From NCBI GenBank assembly GCA_002347405.1, contig DDXB01000047.1, positions 26,690-90,689 of the forward strand: a DNA stretch of 64,000 nt, in the 5' to 3' direction. A program made the position numbers and the translations under genes. The notes under the pieces were generated by a model, which saw only the letters and a program-made list of their open reading frames with translations, had not been told where the DNA came from and ran no database searches. Source of the stretch: Rhodocyclaceae bacterium UBA2271 (GTDB lineage: Bacteria > Pseudomonadota > Gammaproteobacteria > Burkholderiales > Rhodocyclaceae). Below, in pieces: positions 27,159-40,640 of the stretch (its first letter is position 1; each line of letters starts with the position of its first letter).

Positions 27159-28361
27159 ATGACAATGAGACAAATTCAGGAAGCCTACATTGTTGCCGCC
27201 ACGCGTCTGCCGGTGGCCAAGAAGAACGGCATGTTCAAAAACGTGCGGCCGGACGACATGCTGGCCCACGCCATCAAGTCCGTGCTGGCCCAGGTGCCGG
27301 GGATCGATCCGGCGCGGATCGGCGACGTGATTGTCGGCTGCGCCATGCCGGAAGCCGAACAGGGCATGAACGTTGCCCGCATCGGCCTGTTGCTGGCCGG
27401 CCTGCCGAACACGGTGCCGGGTATGACCATCAACCGTTTCTGCTCGTCGGGCGTGCAGGCGGTGGCCGATGCCGCCAACCAGATTCGCCTCGGCCTGGCC
27501 GACGTGATGATCGCCGCCGGCACCGAGTCGATGAGCGTGATGCCGCAGATGATGGGCAACAAGATGGCGATGAATCCGGCCTTCTTCGCCAAGGAGGAGA
27601 ACATCGCAATTGCCTACGGCATGGGGCTGACGGCAGAGAAGGTGGCCAACCAGTGGCAGATCAGCCGTGAGGCGCAGGACGCCTTTGCCGTCGAGTCGCA
27701 CCGTCGGGCCTGCGCGGCCATCGCCGCCGGCCACTTCAAGGCCGAAACGACCCCCTATCCGATCCATGAAAGCCTGCCGGATTTGCTGACCGGCGAAATC
27801 CGGGTCAATAGCCGCACGGCCGAGAACGACGAAGGCCCGCGCCCGGATTCCAGCCTGGAAAAACTCGCCAAGCTGCGGCCGGTGTTCCATGCCCGCGGCT
27901 CGGTGACGGCCGGCAATTCTTCGCAGATGTCCGACGGGGCCGGTGCGGTCATGCTGGTTTCGGAAAAGGTGTTGAAGGAACACAATCTGACACCGCTTGC
28001 GCGTTTTGCCGGTTATGCCGTTGGCGGCGTGGCGCCAGAGATCATGGGCATCGGCCCGGTGGCGGCGATTCCCCGCGTGCTGGAACAGGTCGGCATCAAG
28101 CAGGACGATCTCGACTGGATCGAACTCAATGAAGCCTTTGCCGCGCAGTCGCTTGCGGTCATCAAGGAGCTGGGCCTGAATCCGGACAAGGTCAATCCGC
28201 TCGGCGGCGCGATTGCGCTGGGCCATCCGCTCGGCGCTACCGGCACCATCCGCACGGCAACGGTTGTGCATGGCCTGAGGCGCACTGGGGGAAAATATGG
28301 CATGGTGACGATGTGCATCGGCACCGGCATGGGGGCCGCCGGCATTTTCGAGCGGCTCTGA
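27159..28361 (+). CDS. fadA: acetyl-CoA C-acyltransferase (3-ketoacyl-CoA thiolase)
   Basis: 400 aa with NRFCSSGVQAV (active Cys), GNSSQMSDGA, GHPLGATG and CIGTGMG. Confidence 0.9.
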   Translation: MTMRQIQEAYIVAATRLPVAKKNGMFKNVRPDDMLAHAIKSVLAQVPGIDPARIGDVIVGCAMPEAEQGMNVARIGLLLAGLPNTVPGMTINRFCSSGVQAVADAANQIRLGLADVMIAAGTESMSVMPQMMGNKMAMNPAFFAKEENIAIAYGMGLTAEKVANQWQISREAQDAFAVESHRRACAAIAAGHFKAETTPYPIHESLPDLLTGEIRVNSRTAENDEGPRPDSSLEKLAKLRPVFHARGSVTAGNSSQMSDGAGAVMLVSEKVLKEHNLTPLARFAGYAVGGVAPEIMGIGPVAAIPRVLEQVGIKQDDLDWIELNEAFAAQSLAVIKELGLNPDKVNPLGGAIALGHPLGATGTIRTATVVHGLRRTGGKYGMVTMCIGTGMGAAGIFERL

Positions 28362-28488
28362 AATAAACCGGGATTGTCCAATAGCCCAAAATATCCGACA
28401 CGCCCGTACAGGCGGTAATGACGGATATTTAACGGATAATCGCGGATAAACGCTGTGCGCCGGGCAATAAAACCAAGGAGGAGACGGC

Positions 28489-30165
28489 ATGGAAAAGTTC
28501 TGGCTGCAGAGTTATCCAAAAGGCATACCGGCGGAAATTAGTATCGACCAGGTTCCTTCGCTGGTTGCGATGTTCGAGAAGGCCTGCACAACGTATGCAG
28601 ACCAGGTGGCCTACATCAGCATGGGGCGCGAGATGACCTACCGCCAGCTTGACGAGGAAAGCCGGGCCTTTGCCGGCTGGCTGCAATCGAGGGGGATGGC
28701 GAAGGGCGATCGTGTCGCACTGATGATGCCCAACCTGCTGCAGTATCCGGTGGCACTGTTCGGTGCGCTGCGGGCGGGCTGTGTCGTGGTCAATTGCAAC
28801 CCGCTTTACACGCCGCGCGAACTGGAACAGCAGCTGAAGGATTCCGGCGCGACCGCCATCGTCATCGTCGAGAACTTTGCGCATGTGCTGGAGAAGGTGA
28901 TCGCGCATACCGCCATCAAGCATGTGGTGGTGACGCCGATGGGCGAAATGCTCGGCATGCTGAAGGGCGTGCTGGTCAATTTCGTCGTGCGCTACATCAA
29001 GAAGCTGGTGCCGGCGTGGCACATTGCCGGTGCAATTGGCTTCAACCGGACTTTGTCCGCTGGCCGACAGCATGGTTTTCAGCCGGTACAACTCGGCCAT
29101 GATGATCTGGCTTTCCTGCAATACACCGGCGGCACGACAGGCATTTCCAAGGGCGCCATGCTGACGCACGGCAATATCTGCGCCAATGTGGCGCAGGCGC
29201 TGGCCTGGATCGGCCCGGTGGTCAAGGAAGGCAAAGAGTTCATCATTACCGCGCTGCCGCTTTACCATATCTTTGCGCTGACCGCGAACTGCCTGACTTT
29301 CATGTCAGTCGGTGCGCGTAACCTGCTGATTGCCAATCCGCGCGATATTCCGAACTTCATCAAGGAGTGGGGCAAGTATCCGGTCAGCATCATGACGGGG
29401 GTCAACACCCTGTTCAATGCGTTGCTGAACAATCCCGAATTCGCCAAGCTCGATTTTTCCAGTTTTCGCGTCACGCTCGGCGGTGGCATGGCGGTGCAGG
29501 CGCCGGTTGCCGAGCGCTGGCTGAAGACCACCGGTGTGCCTTTGCACCAGGCCTATGGCCTGACGGAAACCTCGCCCGCCGCGACCATCAATCCGCTCGA
29601 TGTACGTGAATTCAACGGATCGATCGGTCTGCCGATCTCGTCGACCGAGGTGGTCATCCGTGACGATAACAGTCAGGAAGTGCAGATCAACCAGGTCGGC
29701 GAAATCTGCATTCGCGGCCCGCAGGTCATGAAAGGTTACTGGGAGCGGCAGGAGGAAACGGACGGGGTATTTGGTCCGGGTCGTTTCCTGCGCACCGGCG
29801 ACATGGGTTACATGGATAAAAACGGCTTCGTTTTTCTGGTCGATCGGAAGAAGGACATGATTCTCGTATCGGGTTTCAACGTCTATCCGAACGAGGTCGA
29901 GGAAGCGATCGCGATGCATCCCGGCGTGATCGAGGTTGCGGCGATTGGCGTGCCGGACGAACGTTGCGGGGAGGTGGTGAAGATTTTCGTCGTGCGCAAG
30001 GATCCGGCACTTACCGAAGCGGCACTGATCCAGCATTGCCGCGGCGTGTTGACCGGCTACAAGATTCCGAAACATGTCGAGTTCCGCGATGACTTGCCGA
30101 AAACCAACGTCGGCAAGGTGTTGCGGCGTGCGCTCAAGGATGACAGCCCGCCAACGACGCCCTGA
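28489..30165 (+). CDS. fadD: long-chain-fatty-acid--CoA ligase
   Basis: 558 aa with the AMP-binding motif [19 protein letters not shown], and TGD...D.KKD motifs. Confidence 0.9.
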   Translation: MEKFWLQSYPKGIPAEISIDQVPSLVAMFEKACTTYADQVAYISMGREMTYRQLDEESRAFAGWLQSRGMAKGDRVALMMPNLLQYPVALFGALRAGCVVVNCNPLYTPRELEQQLKDSGATAIVIVENFAHVLEKVIAHTAIKHVVVTPMGEMLGMLKGVLVNFVVRYIKKLVPAWHIAGAIGFNRTLSAGRQHGFQPVQLGHDDLAFLQYTGGTTGISKGAMLTHGNICANVAQALAWIGPVVKEGKEFIITALPLYHIFALTANCLTFMSVGARNLLIANPRDIPNFIKEWGKYPVSIMTGVNTLFNALLNNPEFAKLDFSSFRVTLGGGMAVQAPVAERWLKTTGVPLHQAYGLTETSPAATINPLDVREFNGSIGLPISSTEVVIRDDNSQEVQINQVGEICIRGPQVMKGYWERQEETDGVFGPGRFLRTGDMGYMDKNGFVFLVDRKKDMILVSGFNVYPNEVEEAIAMHPGVIEVAAIGVPDERCGEVVKIFVVRKDPALTEAALIQHCRGVLTGYKIPKHVEFRDDLPKTNVGKVLRRALKDDSPPTTP

Positions 30166-30269
30166 TGCCCGTTTCCGCGCTCTTGCAAAAAAACCTGGCG
30201 CTGCCGGTCATCGGCGTGCCGGCTGAAATGATGCTGCTACTGAATAATCTCGGATAAAAGGAACATGAA

Positions 30270-32063
30270 ATGAGTGACTACCGCGCACCCCTCAAGGAAA
30301 TGCGTTTCGTCATGGACGAACTGGCCGGCTTGCCGGAAATCAGCCAACTGCCCGGTTTCGAGGATGCGACACCCGACATGGCCGATGCGATTCTTGAAGA
30401 AGCGGCGAAATTCGCCAGTGAGGTGCTGGCGCCGCTGAATCAGGTCGGCGACAAGGCAGGTTGCACGCTGACGCCGCAGGGCGTCACCACGCCTCCTGGC
30501 TGGAAAGAGGCTTACCAGGCCTTTTGCGCGGCGGGCTGGAACGGCATTGTCCTGCCGCCCGCATTCGGCGGCCAGGGCCTGCCGGATGTGTTGGGCGTCG
30601 CCGTCAAGGAAATGGTCTGCTCGGCCAACCTGTCGTTCTCGCTGGGGCCGCTGCTGACGACTGGCGCTGTCGAGGCGCTGCTCACCTGCGCCAGCGACGA
30701 ACTGAAAGCCATCTATCTGGAAAAAATGGTGACCGGCGAGTGGACCGGCACGATGAATCTCACCGAGCCGCAGGCCGGTTCCGACCTGGCGCAGATCCGT
30801 TCCCGCGCCGAACCGCAGGCCGACGGCAGCTATCGTATCTTCGGCCAGAAAATATTCATCACCTATGGCGACCACGACATGACCGACAACATCGTGCATC
30901 TCGTGCTGGCCCGTCTGCCGGACGCGCCGCCCGGCGTCAAGGGCATCTCGATGTTCCTGGTGCCGAAATTTCTGGTGAATGCGGATGGCTCGCCGGGCGC
31001 GCGCAACGACGCGCTGTGCGTTTCCCTCGAACACAAGCTCGGCATCCACGCCAGCCCGACCTGCGTGATGGCCTATGGTGACCAGGGTGGCGCGGTCGGC
31101 TATCTGCTCGGTGAGCCGAACCTCGGCCTCGAATACATGTTCATCATGATGAACGAGGCGCGGCTGGGGGTCGGTTTGCAGGGCGTCGCGCTCGGCGAAC
31201 GCGCCTACCAGCAGGCGCTCGCTTTCGCCCGCGAGCGCAAGCAGGGACGCGACGCGCTGACCGGCGAGAAACTGGTCACCCTCGACCGGCATCCCGACAT
31301 CCGCCGCATGCTGATGACGATCAAATCACGTGTCGAGGCATGCCGCGCCCTGGCTTACCTGGCGTCCGGCCTGCTCGACCGCGTCCATGCCAGCACCGAT
31401 CCGGAAGAGAAAAAGCGCAACCTGTATCTTGCCGAATTCATGATCCCCATCGTCAAGGGCGGCAGCACCGAAATGAGCATCGACGTCACCTCGCTCGGCA
31501 TCCAGATTCACGGCGGCATGGGTTACATCGAGGAAACCGGTGCCGCCCAGCACTGGCGCGACGCGCGCATCACCACCATCTACGAAGGCACGACAGGGAT
31601 ACAGGCGAATGACCTGCTGTTCCGCAAGCTGATGCGCGACCAAGGCGCTACAGCAAAGGTGGTGTTCGGCGAAGTGCATGCGACGGTCAAGGCTCTGGCG
31701 GCCTCCAGTCGGCCGGAACTGCAAGCCATCGCCAAGCGCCTGGGGGTCGCCCTGCAGGCCTGGACCGGCGCGACCGAGTGGCTGGCCGCCAATGTCAAAA
31801 CCGGCCTGTCCGGCGTGCTGGCGGCGGCGGTGCCTTATCTGCATCTGGCCGTCACCGTTTGCGGCGGCTGGCAGATGGGCCGCGCGGCACTGGCGGCCGC
31901 TGGCCATCTGGACAAGGAAGATGGTGATCTCGCCTTCTTCCGCGCCAAGATCGCCACCGCGCATTTCTATGCCGATCACCTGTTGCCGCAAGCGGCAGCG
32001 TATGCCGAGAGTGTCAAGGCGGGCGACGCGGCGCTGGCCGGGGTGGGTGACGAGGTTTTTTAA
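30270..32063 (+). CDS. acyl-CoA dehydrogenase, ~600-aa type with C-terminal extension
   Basis: 597 aa with an ACAD core (TEPQAGSDL, IFITYGDHD, IHGGMGYIEE). It follows fadD. Confidence 0.85.
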   Translation: MSDYRAPLKEMRFVMDELAGLPEISQLPGFEDATPDMADAILEEAAKFASEVLAPLNQVGDKAGCTLTPQGVTTPPGWKEAYQAFCAAGWNGIVLPPAFGGQGLPDVLGVAVKEMVCSANLSFSLGPLLTTGAVEALLTCASDELKAIYLEKMVTGEWTGTMNLTEPQAGSDLAQIRSRAEPQADGSYRIFGQKIFITYGDHDMTDNIVHLVLARLPDAPPGVKGISMFLVPKFLVNADGSPGARNDALCVSLEHKLGIHASPTCVMAYGDQGGAVGYLLGEPNLGLEYMFIMMNEARLGVGLQGVALGERAYQQALAFARERKQGRDALTGEKLVTLDRHPDIRRMLMTIKSRVEACRALAYLASGLLDRVHASTDPEEKKRNLYLAEFMIPIVKGGSTEMSIDVTSLGIQIHGGMGYIEETGAAQHWRDARITTIYEGTTGIQANDLLFRKLMRDQGATAKVVFGEVHATVKALAASSRPELQAIAKRLGVALQAWTGATEWLAANVKTGLSGVLAAAVPYLHLAVTVCGGWQMGRAALAAAGHLDKEDGDLAFFRAKIATAHFYADHLLPQAAAYAESVKAGDAALAGVGDEVF

Positions 32064-32071
32064 TTCGCTGG

Positions 32072-32095
32072 CGCCGTCCCGCCAGCGCCGACTTT
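32072..32095 (-). repeat. family-A 24-nt unit, exact
   Basis: It is the reverse complement of the consensus and lies between the convergent acyl-CoA dehydrogenase and azlD genes, touching the azlD stop. Confidence 0.95.
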
Positions 32096-32418
32096 CAGGC
32101 CAGTTGTTGCAGCAGCCAGAATGCCACGAAGCCGCTGGCAATCGTCAGCAGCGTGTTCTTCCAGCGGGCGGCGACGGCGATGGCAAGCAGTCCGGCCCAG
32201 AAGCGCGGGTTGCCCGTGCCGATGTCGACCTGTCCGGCGACCAGCAACAGTTCGGGAGTGACCAGCGCGGTGAGGGCGGCGATCGGCACGAAGGGCAGCC
32301 AGCGGATGAACCAGCTCGGCGGCTGGTAATGGCCTTCCAGCGCGATGAATGAGTAGCGGATGGCGAAGGTGAGCGCTCCGCAGGCAATCCACAGCAGTAT
32401 CAGCGCGGTCTGGCTCAT
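32095..32418 (-). CDS. azlD: branched-chain amino acid exporter small subunit (AzlD family)
   Basis: 107-aa hydrophobic protein with a 4-nt overlap with an upstream AzlC-like gene. Confidence 0.7.
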   Translation of the reverse strand: MSQTALILLWIACGALTFAIRYSFIALEGHYQPPSWFIRWLPFVPIAALTALVTPELLLVAGQVDIGTGNPRFWAGLLAIAVAARWKNTLLTIASGFVAFWLLQQLA

Positions 32419-33101
32419 CGGTTGCCCCGCCTTTGCATGAATGCGCCGGCGGCGAGGCCCGCCAGCGCGGCGACGAACAGGCCGGTCTTGTAGGGCAGGG
32501 CGACCAGCAGCACAGCGACAATTCCGGAAAAAAGCGCGGCAACCAGTCGGGCGCGGCTGTCAATCAGCGGCACGACGATGGCGATGAAGGTGAGCGGCAG
32601 GGCGAAATCGAGGCCGAGGTCGGCGGGCAGTTGCGCGCCGATTAGCACGCCGGCCAGCGTCGCAAGTTGCCAGCCGAACCAGAGCGCGAAGCCGGAGCCG
32701 AAGAGGATCCAGTGCGCCTGCGGCGAGCGCGGCTCGGCAAGCAGGTGGGGGATGGCGGCGGCGTAGGCTTCGTCGGTCAGCAGGTAGGCCAGGAGCAGCT
32801 TCCAGCGGCGTGGCAGGGCATGGAGGACGGGCGCGACCGAGGCGCTGTAGAGCGCATGGCGCAGGTTGATCAGCCCGACGGCGCCGACCATCAGCAGGGC
32901 CGGTGCGCCGACGCCAATCAGTTGCGCGAGCAGGAATTGCGCCGATCCGGCAAAGACCAGCGAGGACATCAAAAACGCCGCCAGCGGCGGAATGCCGCTT
33001 TGCAGCGCGACCACGCCGTAAATCACCCCGAACGGCGCCACGCCCAGCAACATGGGCAACAGGGCGCGGACGCCAAGCAGGAAGGCGGAAGAGGGTGTCA
33101 T
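32415..33101 (-). CDS. azlC: branched-chain amino acid exporter (AzlC family)
   Basis: 228-aa polytopic membrane protein paired with AzlD. It has an AzlC-like pattern (FAGSAQF). Confidence 0.75.
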   Translation of the reverse strand: MTPSSAFLLGVRALLPMLLGVAPFGVIYGVVALQSGIPPLAAFLMSSLVFAGSAQFLLAQLIGVGAPALLMVGAVGLINLRHALYSASVAPVLHALPRRWKLLLAYLLTDEAYAAAIPHLLAEPRSPQAHWILFGSGFALWFGWQLATLAGVLIGAQLPADLGLDFALPLTFIAIVVPLIDSRARLVAALFSGIVAVLLVALPYKTGLFVAALAGLAAGAFMQRRGNR

Positions 33102-33183
33102 TGGATTTCAGGAAGCGGCCAGCCGGGATTCTACGTGGCAGCGCCGTTATAATCGTGCATTCATCATTCATGTCCCCCCTCCT

Positions 33184-36100
33184 GTGCGCCTGATCAAGCT
33201 CAAAGTCGCCGGCTTCAAGTCATTTGTCGAGCCGACCGTCGTATTGTTTCCCGACCAACTCGCGGGCGTGGTCGGACCCAACGGTTGCGGCAAGTCGAAC
33301 ATCATCGACGCCGTGCGCTGGGTGCTGGGCGAATCAAAGGCTTCCGAACTGCGCGGCGAGTCGATCCAGGACGTGATCTTCAAGGGCTCGGGTGGTCGCA
33401 AGGAAGTGGGGCGCGCCAGCGTCGAGCTGCATTTCGACAACGCCCAGGGACGCGCCGCGGGCCAGTGGAGCCAGTACGCCGAGATCGTCGTCAAGCGCAT
33501 CCTCGACCGCGAGGGCAATTCCAGCTACTACATCAACAACCTGCACGTGCGCCGGCGCGACGTGATCGACCTGTTTCTGGGTACCGGACTGGGGCCGCGC
33601 GCCTACGCGATCATCGGCCAGGGCATGATTTCGCGCATTGTCGAGGCCAAGCCGGACGAACTGCGTTTCTTCCTCGAAGAGGCGGCCGGCGTCACCAAAT
33701 ACAAGGAACGGCGCAAGGAAACCGAGGGGCGCCTCGAAGATGCCGGCGAAAATCTGGCGCGTGTCGATGACATTCGCGGCGAACTAGGCAATCAGGTTAC
33801 CCGGCTGGAAAGCCAGGCCGCGGTGGCGCAGCAATACCGCGACCTGCAATTGCAACTGAACCGCCGCCAGAGCCTGCTCTGGTTCAAGAAACGCAAGGAT
33901 GCGCAGGCTGAAACCGTCAAGCTGGAACGCCTGGTCGACGAAGCGATCAACCGCGTCGAGGCCGAAACTGCTGCCTTGCGCGCCACCGAGGCGCGCGTCG
34001 AGCAGGCGCGCGAGGCGCACTTCACCACCTCCGATGCCCTGCACGCCGCCCAGGCCGAGATGTATGCGGCGAACGCCGAGGTCAAGCGGCTGGAAGCCGA
34101 AATTGCGCATCTGCGTGATTCCCGCTTGCGGCTGGAAACCCGCCTGGCACAACTGGATGCGCAGGAGCAGCACTGGTCGGGCGAGATGCGGCGTGTCGAG
34201 GAGGAAGACTTCCGCTGGCGCTCCCTGCTCGAAAATTCCCGCGAACGCGCCGCCACGGCCGCTGCCCGCCATGAAGAAGCTGCCCTGCGCCTGCCCGAGG
34301 CTGAAGATGCCGTCAAGGCGGCTGAAGCGCAGGCTGCCGAAAGCCGCAAGGCGCTGAATGCCGCTGAACAGGGTCTGCGCCTGGCGGAGGCCGATCGTGG
34401 CCATGCCGTGCGGGCGCTCGACAATCTTGCCCAGCGCCGACAACGCATGGATGCCGAGAGTGCCGGTCTGGCTGCGCCCGACCCCGTGCTGCTGGCGACC
34501 GCGCAGGAGGGGGCAGCACAGGCCGAAATTGCGCTCGACATGGCGCAGGAAGGCCTTGCCGCCCTGCAGGTGAAGCAACCGACGCTGGAAGCGGCATTGC
34601 GCAGCGCCCGCGAGGCGATGCAGGCCGCGCACCGCGATGTCACGACGGCGCGCGCACGTCACGATGCCCTGGCCCAGTTGCAGCAGAGCGTGGGGCAGGG
34701 CGGTGATCTGTCCGGCTGGCTGAAAGACATGGGACTGGCCGATGCCCAGCCGCTCTGGCGCGCGATCCAGGTCGATCCGGGTTGGGAAACCGCCGTTGAA
34801 GCCGTGCTGCGCGAGCGGTTGATGGCCGTGCCGGGTGATGCCGAGACTCTGCAACGGGCGCTGGCCGCCCCGCCCCCCGCCACCATGGCACTGGCCCTGT
34901 GCCGCGCGGACGCTGCCGCCGTCATTCCGGCCGATAGCCTGCGTGCCCATGTGCGCTGCCTCAATTCGCAGTGGGTGGTGGTGCTTGACGAATGGCTGGG
35001 CGATGTGCGGGTGGTTGATGGCGATGCGGCGCTGACGGCGGGAATGTTGGCCAATGAGGGCTGGCGCGTGAGTCGTGCCGGCCATCTGGCAACACCCTGC
35101 GGTTTGACCCTGTATTCACCCGATGTGCGCACCCATGGGGTGATTGAACGGCAGCGTGAGATCGATGAGCTGGCCGGGCAGATCGCCGCGCTGGAAGAGT
35201 CGGAGATGTTGGCGCGCGAGACGCAGACGGAGGCCGAGCGGGCGGTTGCCACCGGTCAACAAAACCTGTCCGAGACGCGGCGGGTGTTGCAGGAAACGCA
35301 ACAGCGCCTGCATGCGGCACAGGTCGAGGCGCTCAAGCTCACGCAGGCACAGGCCCGCCACGACGAGCGTGCCGGCCAGATCGCGCGCGACCTGGCCGAG
35401 ATCGTGCGGGTCGAAGCAGAGGAAAAGGCGGCGCTCGCTGGTGCCGAGGACGAGGCGGTCAAGTGCCGTGAAGCGCTGGCTGCGGCCCGTGCGCGCATGG
35501 AAGAAGCGCTGGAACTGCAGCGCCAGCGTGACACGGCAATGCGCGAAGCGCGCGCGCTCGAACATCAGCTGGCCCGCGAAGCGCAGGATGCCGGATTCTC
35601 CGAGAAGGAATGCCATTCGAAGCTGGCCGACAATGCGCGCGCTGCCGAAACGGCGAAGAAGCAGCTGGAACAGGCGGCCACCGATCGTGCCGTGACCAGA
35701 CAGGATCTGGCGGCAATCAGCGATGCGGTGATCCAGGAGCAGTTGCAAGCAGCGCTGGGACAGCGCGGCGTGCAAGAGTCGGCGCTGGCGGAACGGCGCA
35801 TTGCGCTGGAAGGTGCTGCCAGCCAGTTGCGCGCGGTGGATGAGGAGCGTCTCAAACTCGAACAGGGTTTGCAGCCGGCGCGCGACAGGATCAACGACCT
35901 GAAACTCAAGCAGCAGGCCGCGCAGTTGAACGTCGAGCAATACCAGGAACGTCTTGTCGAGGCGCACGTCAGGAAACACGCCGGGCCGCCCCAAGTGTTT
36001 CCTGACCCCCTGGGGGGAGAAAGCCGCGCAGCGGCTTTTTCGGGGGGGGCACACCTTAGTCCGGAGGACGAGGCCGCGCTGGCTGCCGAACTGACGCCGG

Positions 36101-36813
36101 GCCTGCGGGACAGCGTCCTGCAGGGCGATATCGCGCGGATCGCCGCCGAGATCGAAGCGCTGGGGCCGGTGAATCTGGCCGCGCTCGAAGAACTGGCGAC
36201 GGCCAGCGAACGCAAGGGCTACCTCGACGAGCAGTCGGCGGACCTCGCTACCGCGATCGGTACGCTGGAAGATGCCATCCGCCGCATCGACCGGGAAACC
36301 CGCGAGCAGTTGCAGGAGACCTACGAAACGGTCAATCGCCATTTCGGCACCTTGTTCCCGGAACTGTTCGGCGGCGGCGAAGCCAGGCTGATACTCACCG
36401 GCGAGGAAATCCTCGATGCCGGCATCCAGATCATGGCGCAGCCGCCGGGCAAGCGCAATTCGACCATCCACCTGCTGTCGGGCGGCGAGAAGGCGCTGAC
36501 CGCCATCGCGCTGGTATTTGCATTGTTCCAATTGAATCCGGCGCCGTTCTGCATGCTTGATGAGGTGGATGCGCCCCTCGACGATTCGAACACCGTGCGT
36601 TTCTGCGAGATGGTCAAGCGCATGTCGCGCCATACCCAGTTCGTCTTTATCACGCACAACAAGATCACCATGGAAATGGCGCAACAGTTGATTGGTGTCA
36701 CCATGCAGGAACAAGGCGTGTCGCGTGTGGTGGCAGTCGATATCGAAGAGGCATTGCGCATGACTGACGAAACGCTTCCTGTCCAACAGGCACCTGCCTG
36801 GGGCAGGGGATGA
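33184..36813 (+). CDS. smc: chromosome segregation protein SMC
   Basis: A GTG start gives (M)RLIKLKVAGFKSF. It has Walker A GPNGCGKSNIIDA, long coiled coils, the signature LSGGEKALTAIAL and Walker B CMLDEVDAPLD. It contains a family-B element (35971-36058) and a family-A-like unit (35775-35798) in frame. Confidence 0.9.
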   Translation: MRLIKLKVAGFKSFVEPTVVLFPDQLAGVVGPNGCGKSNIIDAVRWVLGESKASELRGESIQDVIFKGSGGRKEVGRASVELHFDNAQGRAAGQWSQYAEIVVKRILDREGNSSYYINNLHVRRRDVIDLFLGTGLGPRAYAIIGQGMISRIVEAKPDELRFFLEEAAGVTKYKERRKETEGRLEDAGENLARVDDIRGELGNQVTRLESQAAVAQQYRDLQLQLNRRQSLLWFKKRKDAQAETVKLERLVDEAINRVEAETAALRATEARVEQAREAHFTTSDALHAAQAEMYAANAEVKRLEAEIAHLRDSRLRLETRLAQLDAQEQHWSGEMRRVEEEDFRWRSLLENSRERAATAAARHEEAALRLPEAEDAVKAAEAQAAESRKALNAAEQGLRLAEADRGHAVRALDNLAQRRQRMDAESAGLAAPDPVLLATAQEGAAQAEIALDMAQEGLAALQVKQPTLEAALRSAREAMQAAHRDVTTARARHDALAQLQQSVGQGGDLSGWLKDMGLADAQPLWRAIQVDPGWETAVEAVLRERLMAVPGDAETLQRALAAPPPATMALALCRADAAAVIPADSLRAHVRCLNSQWVVVLDEWLGDVRVVDGDAALTAGMLANEGWRVSRAGHLATPCGLTLYSPDVRTHGVIERQREIDELAGQIAALEESEMLARETQTEAERAVATGQQNLSETRRVLQETQQRLHAAQVEALKLTQAQARHDERAGQIARDLAEIVRVEAEEKAALAGAEDEAVKCREALAAARARMEEALELQRQRDTAMREARALEHQLAREAQDAGFSEKECHSKLADNARAAETAKKQLEQAATDRAVTRQDLAAISDAVIQEQLQAALGQRGVQESALAERRIALEGAASQLRAVDEERLKLEQGLQPARDRINDLKLKQQAAQLNVEQYQERLVEAHVRKHAGPPQVFPDPLGGESRAAAFSGGAHLSPEDEAALAAELTPGLRDSVLQGDIARIAAEIEALGPVNLAALEELATASERKGYLDEQSADLATAIGTLEDAIRRIDRETREQLQETYETVNRHFGTLFPELFGGGEARLILTGEEILDAGIQIMAQPPGKRNSTIHLLSGGEKALTAIALVFALFQLNPAPFCMLDEVDAPLDDSNTVRFCEMVKRMSRHTQFVFITHNKITMEMAQQLIGVTMQEQGVSRVVAVDIEEALRMTDETLPVQQAPAWGRG
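35775..35798 (+). repeat. family-A-like 24-nt unit (2 mismatches) inside smc, different frame
   Basis: AGAGTCGGCGCTGGCGGAACGGCG is translated ESALAERR. Confidence 0.7.
35971..36058 (+). repeat. family-B multi-hairpin element, in frame inside smc
   Basis: AGGAAACAC-GCCGGGCCGCCCCAA-GTGTTTCCT is followed by CCCCC-TG-GGGGG, then AAGCCGC-GCA-GCGGCTT, then a G8 run. It is translated RKHAGPPQVFPDPLGGESRAAAFSGGAHL. Confidence 0.85.
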
Positions 36814-36868
36814 CCCCGAGGCGCGCCGCGTTACGGCGCCGGGACTGCTTAGGCTTGACGGAGGCGAA

Positions 36869-40636
<3,768 letters not shown>

Positions 40637-40640
<4 letters not shown>

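Noticed and set aside
33052-33183. 5' extensions drawn by the ORF track for smc (33052), fadJ (15305), alaS (to 60740), rpsO (54131), pnp (54542), MCP (8392) and rimP (48042).
   Set aside because: The extensions overlap upstream genes or terminators and lack homology-like sequence. Internal starts reproduce canonical N-termini and have SD-like sequences.
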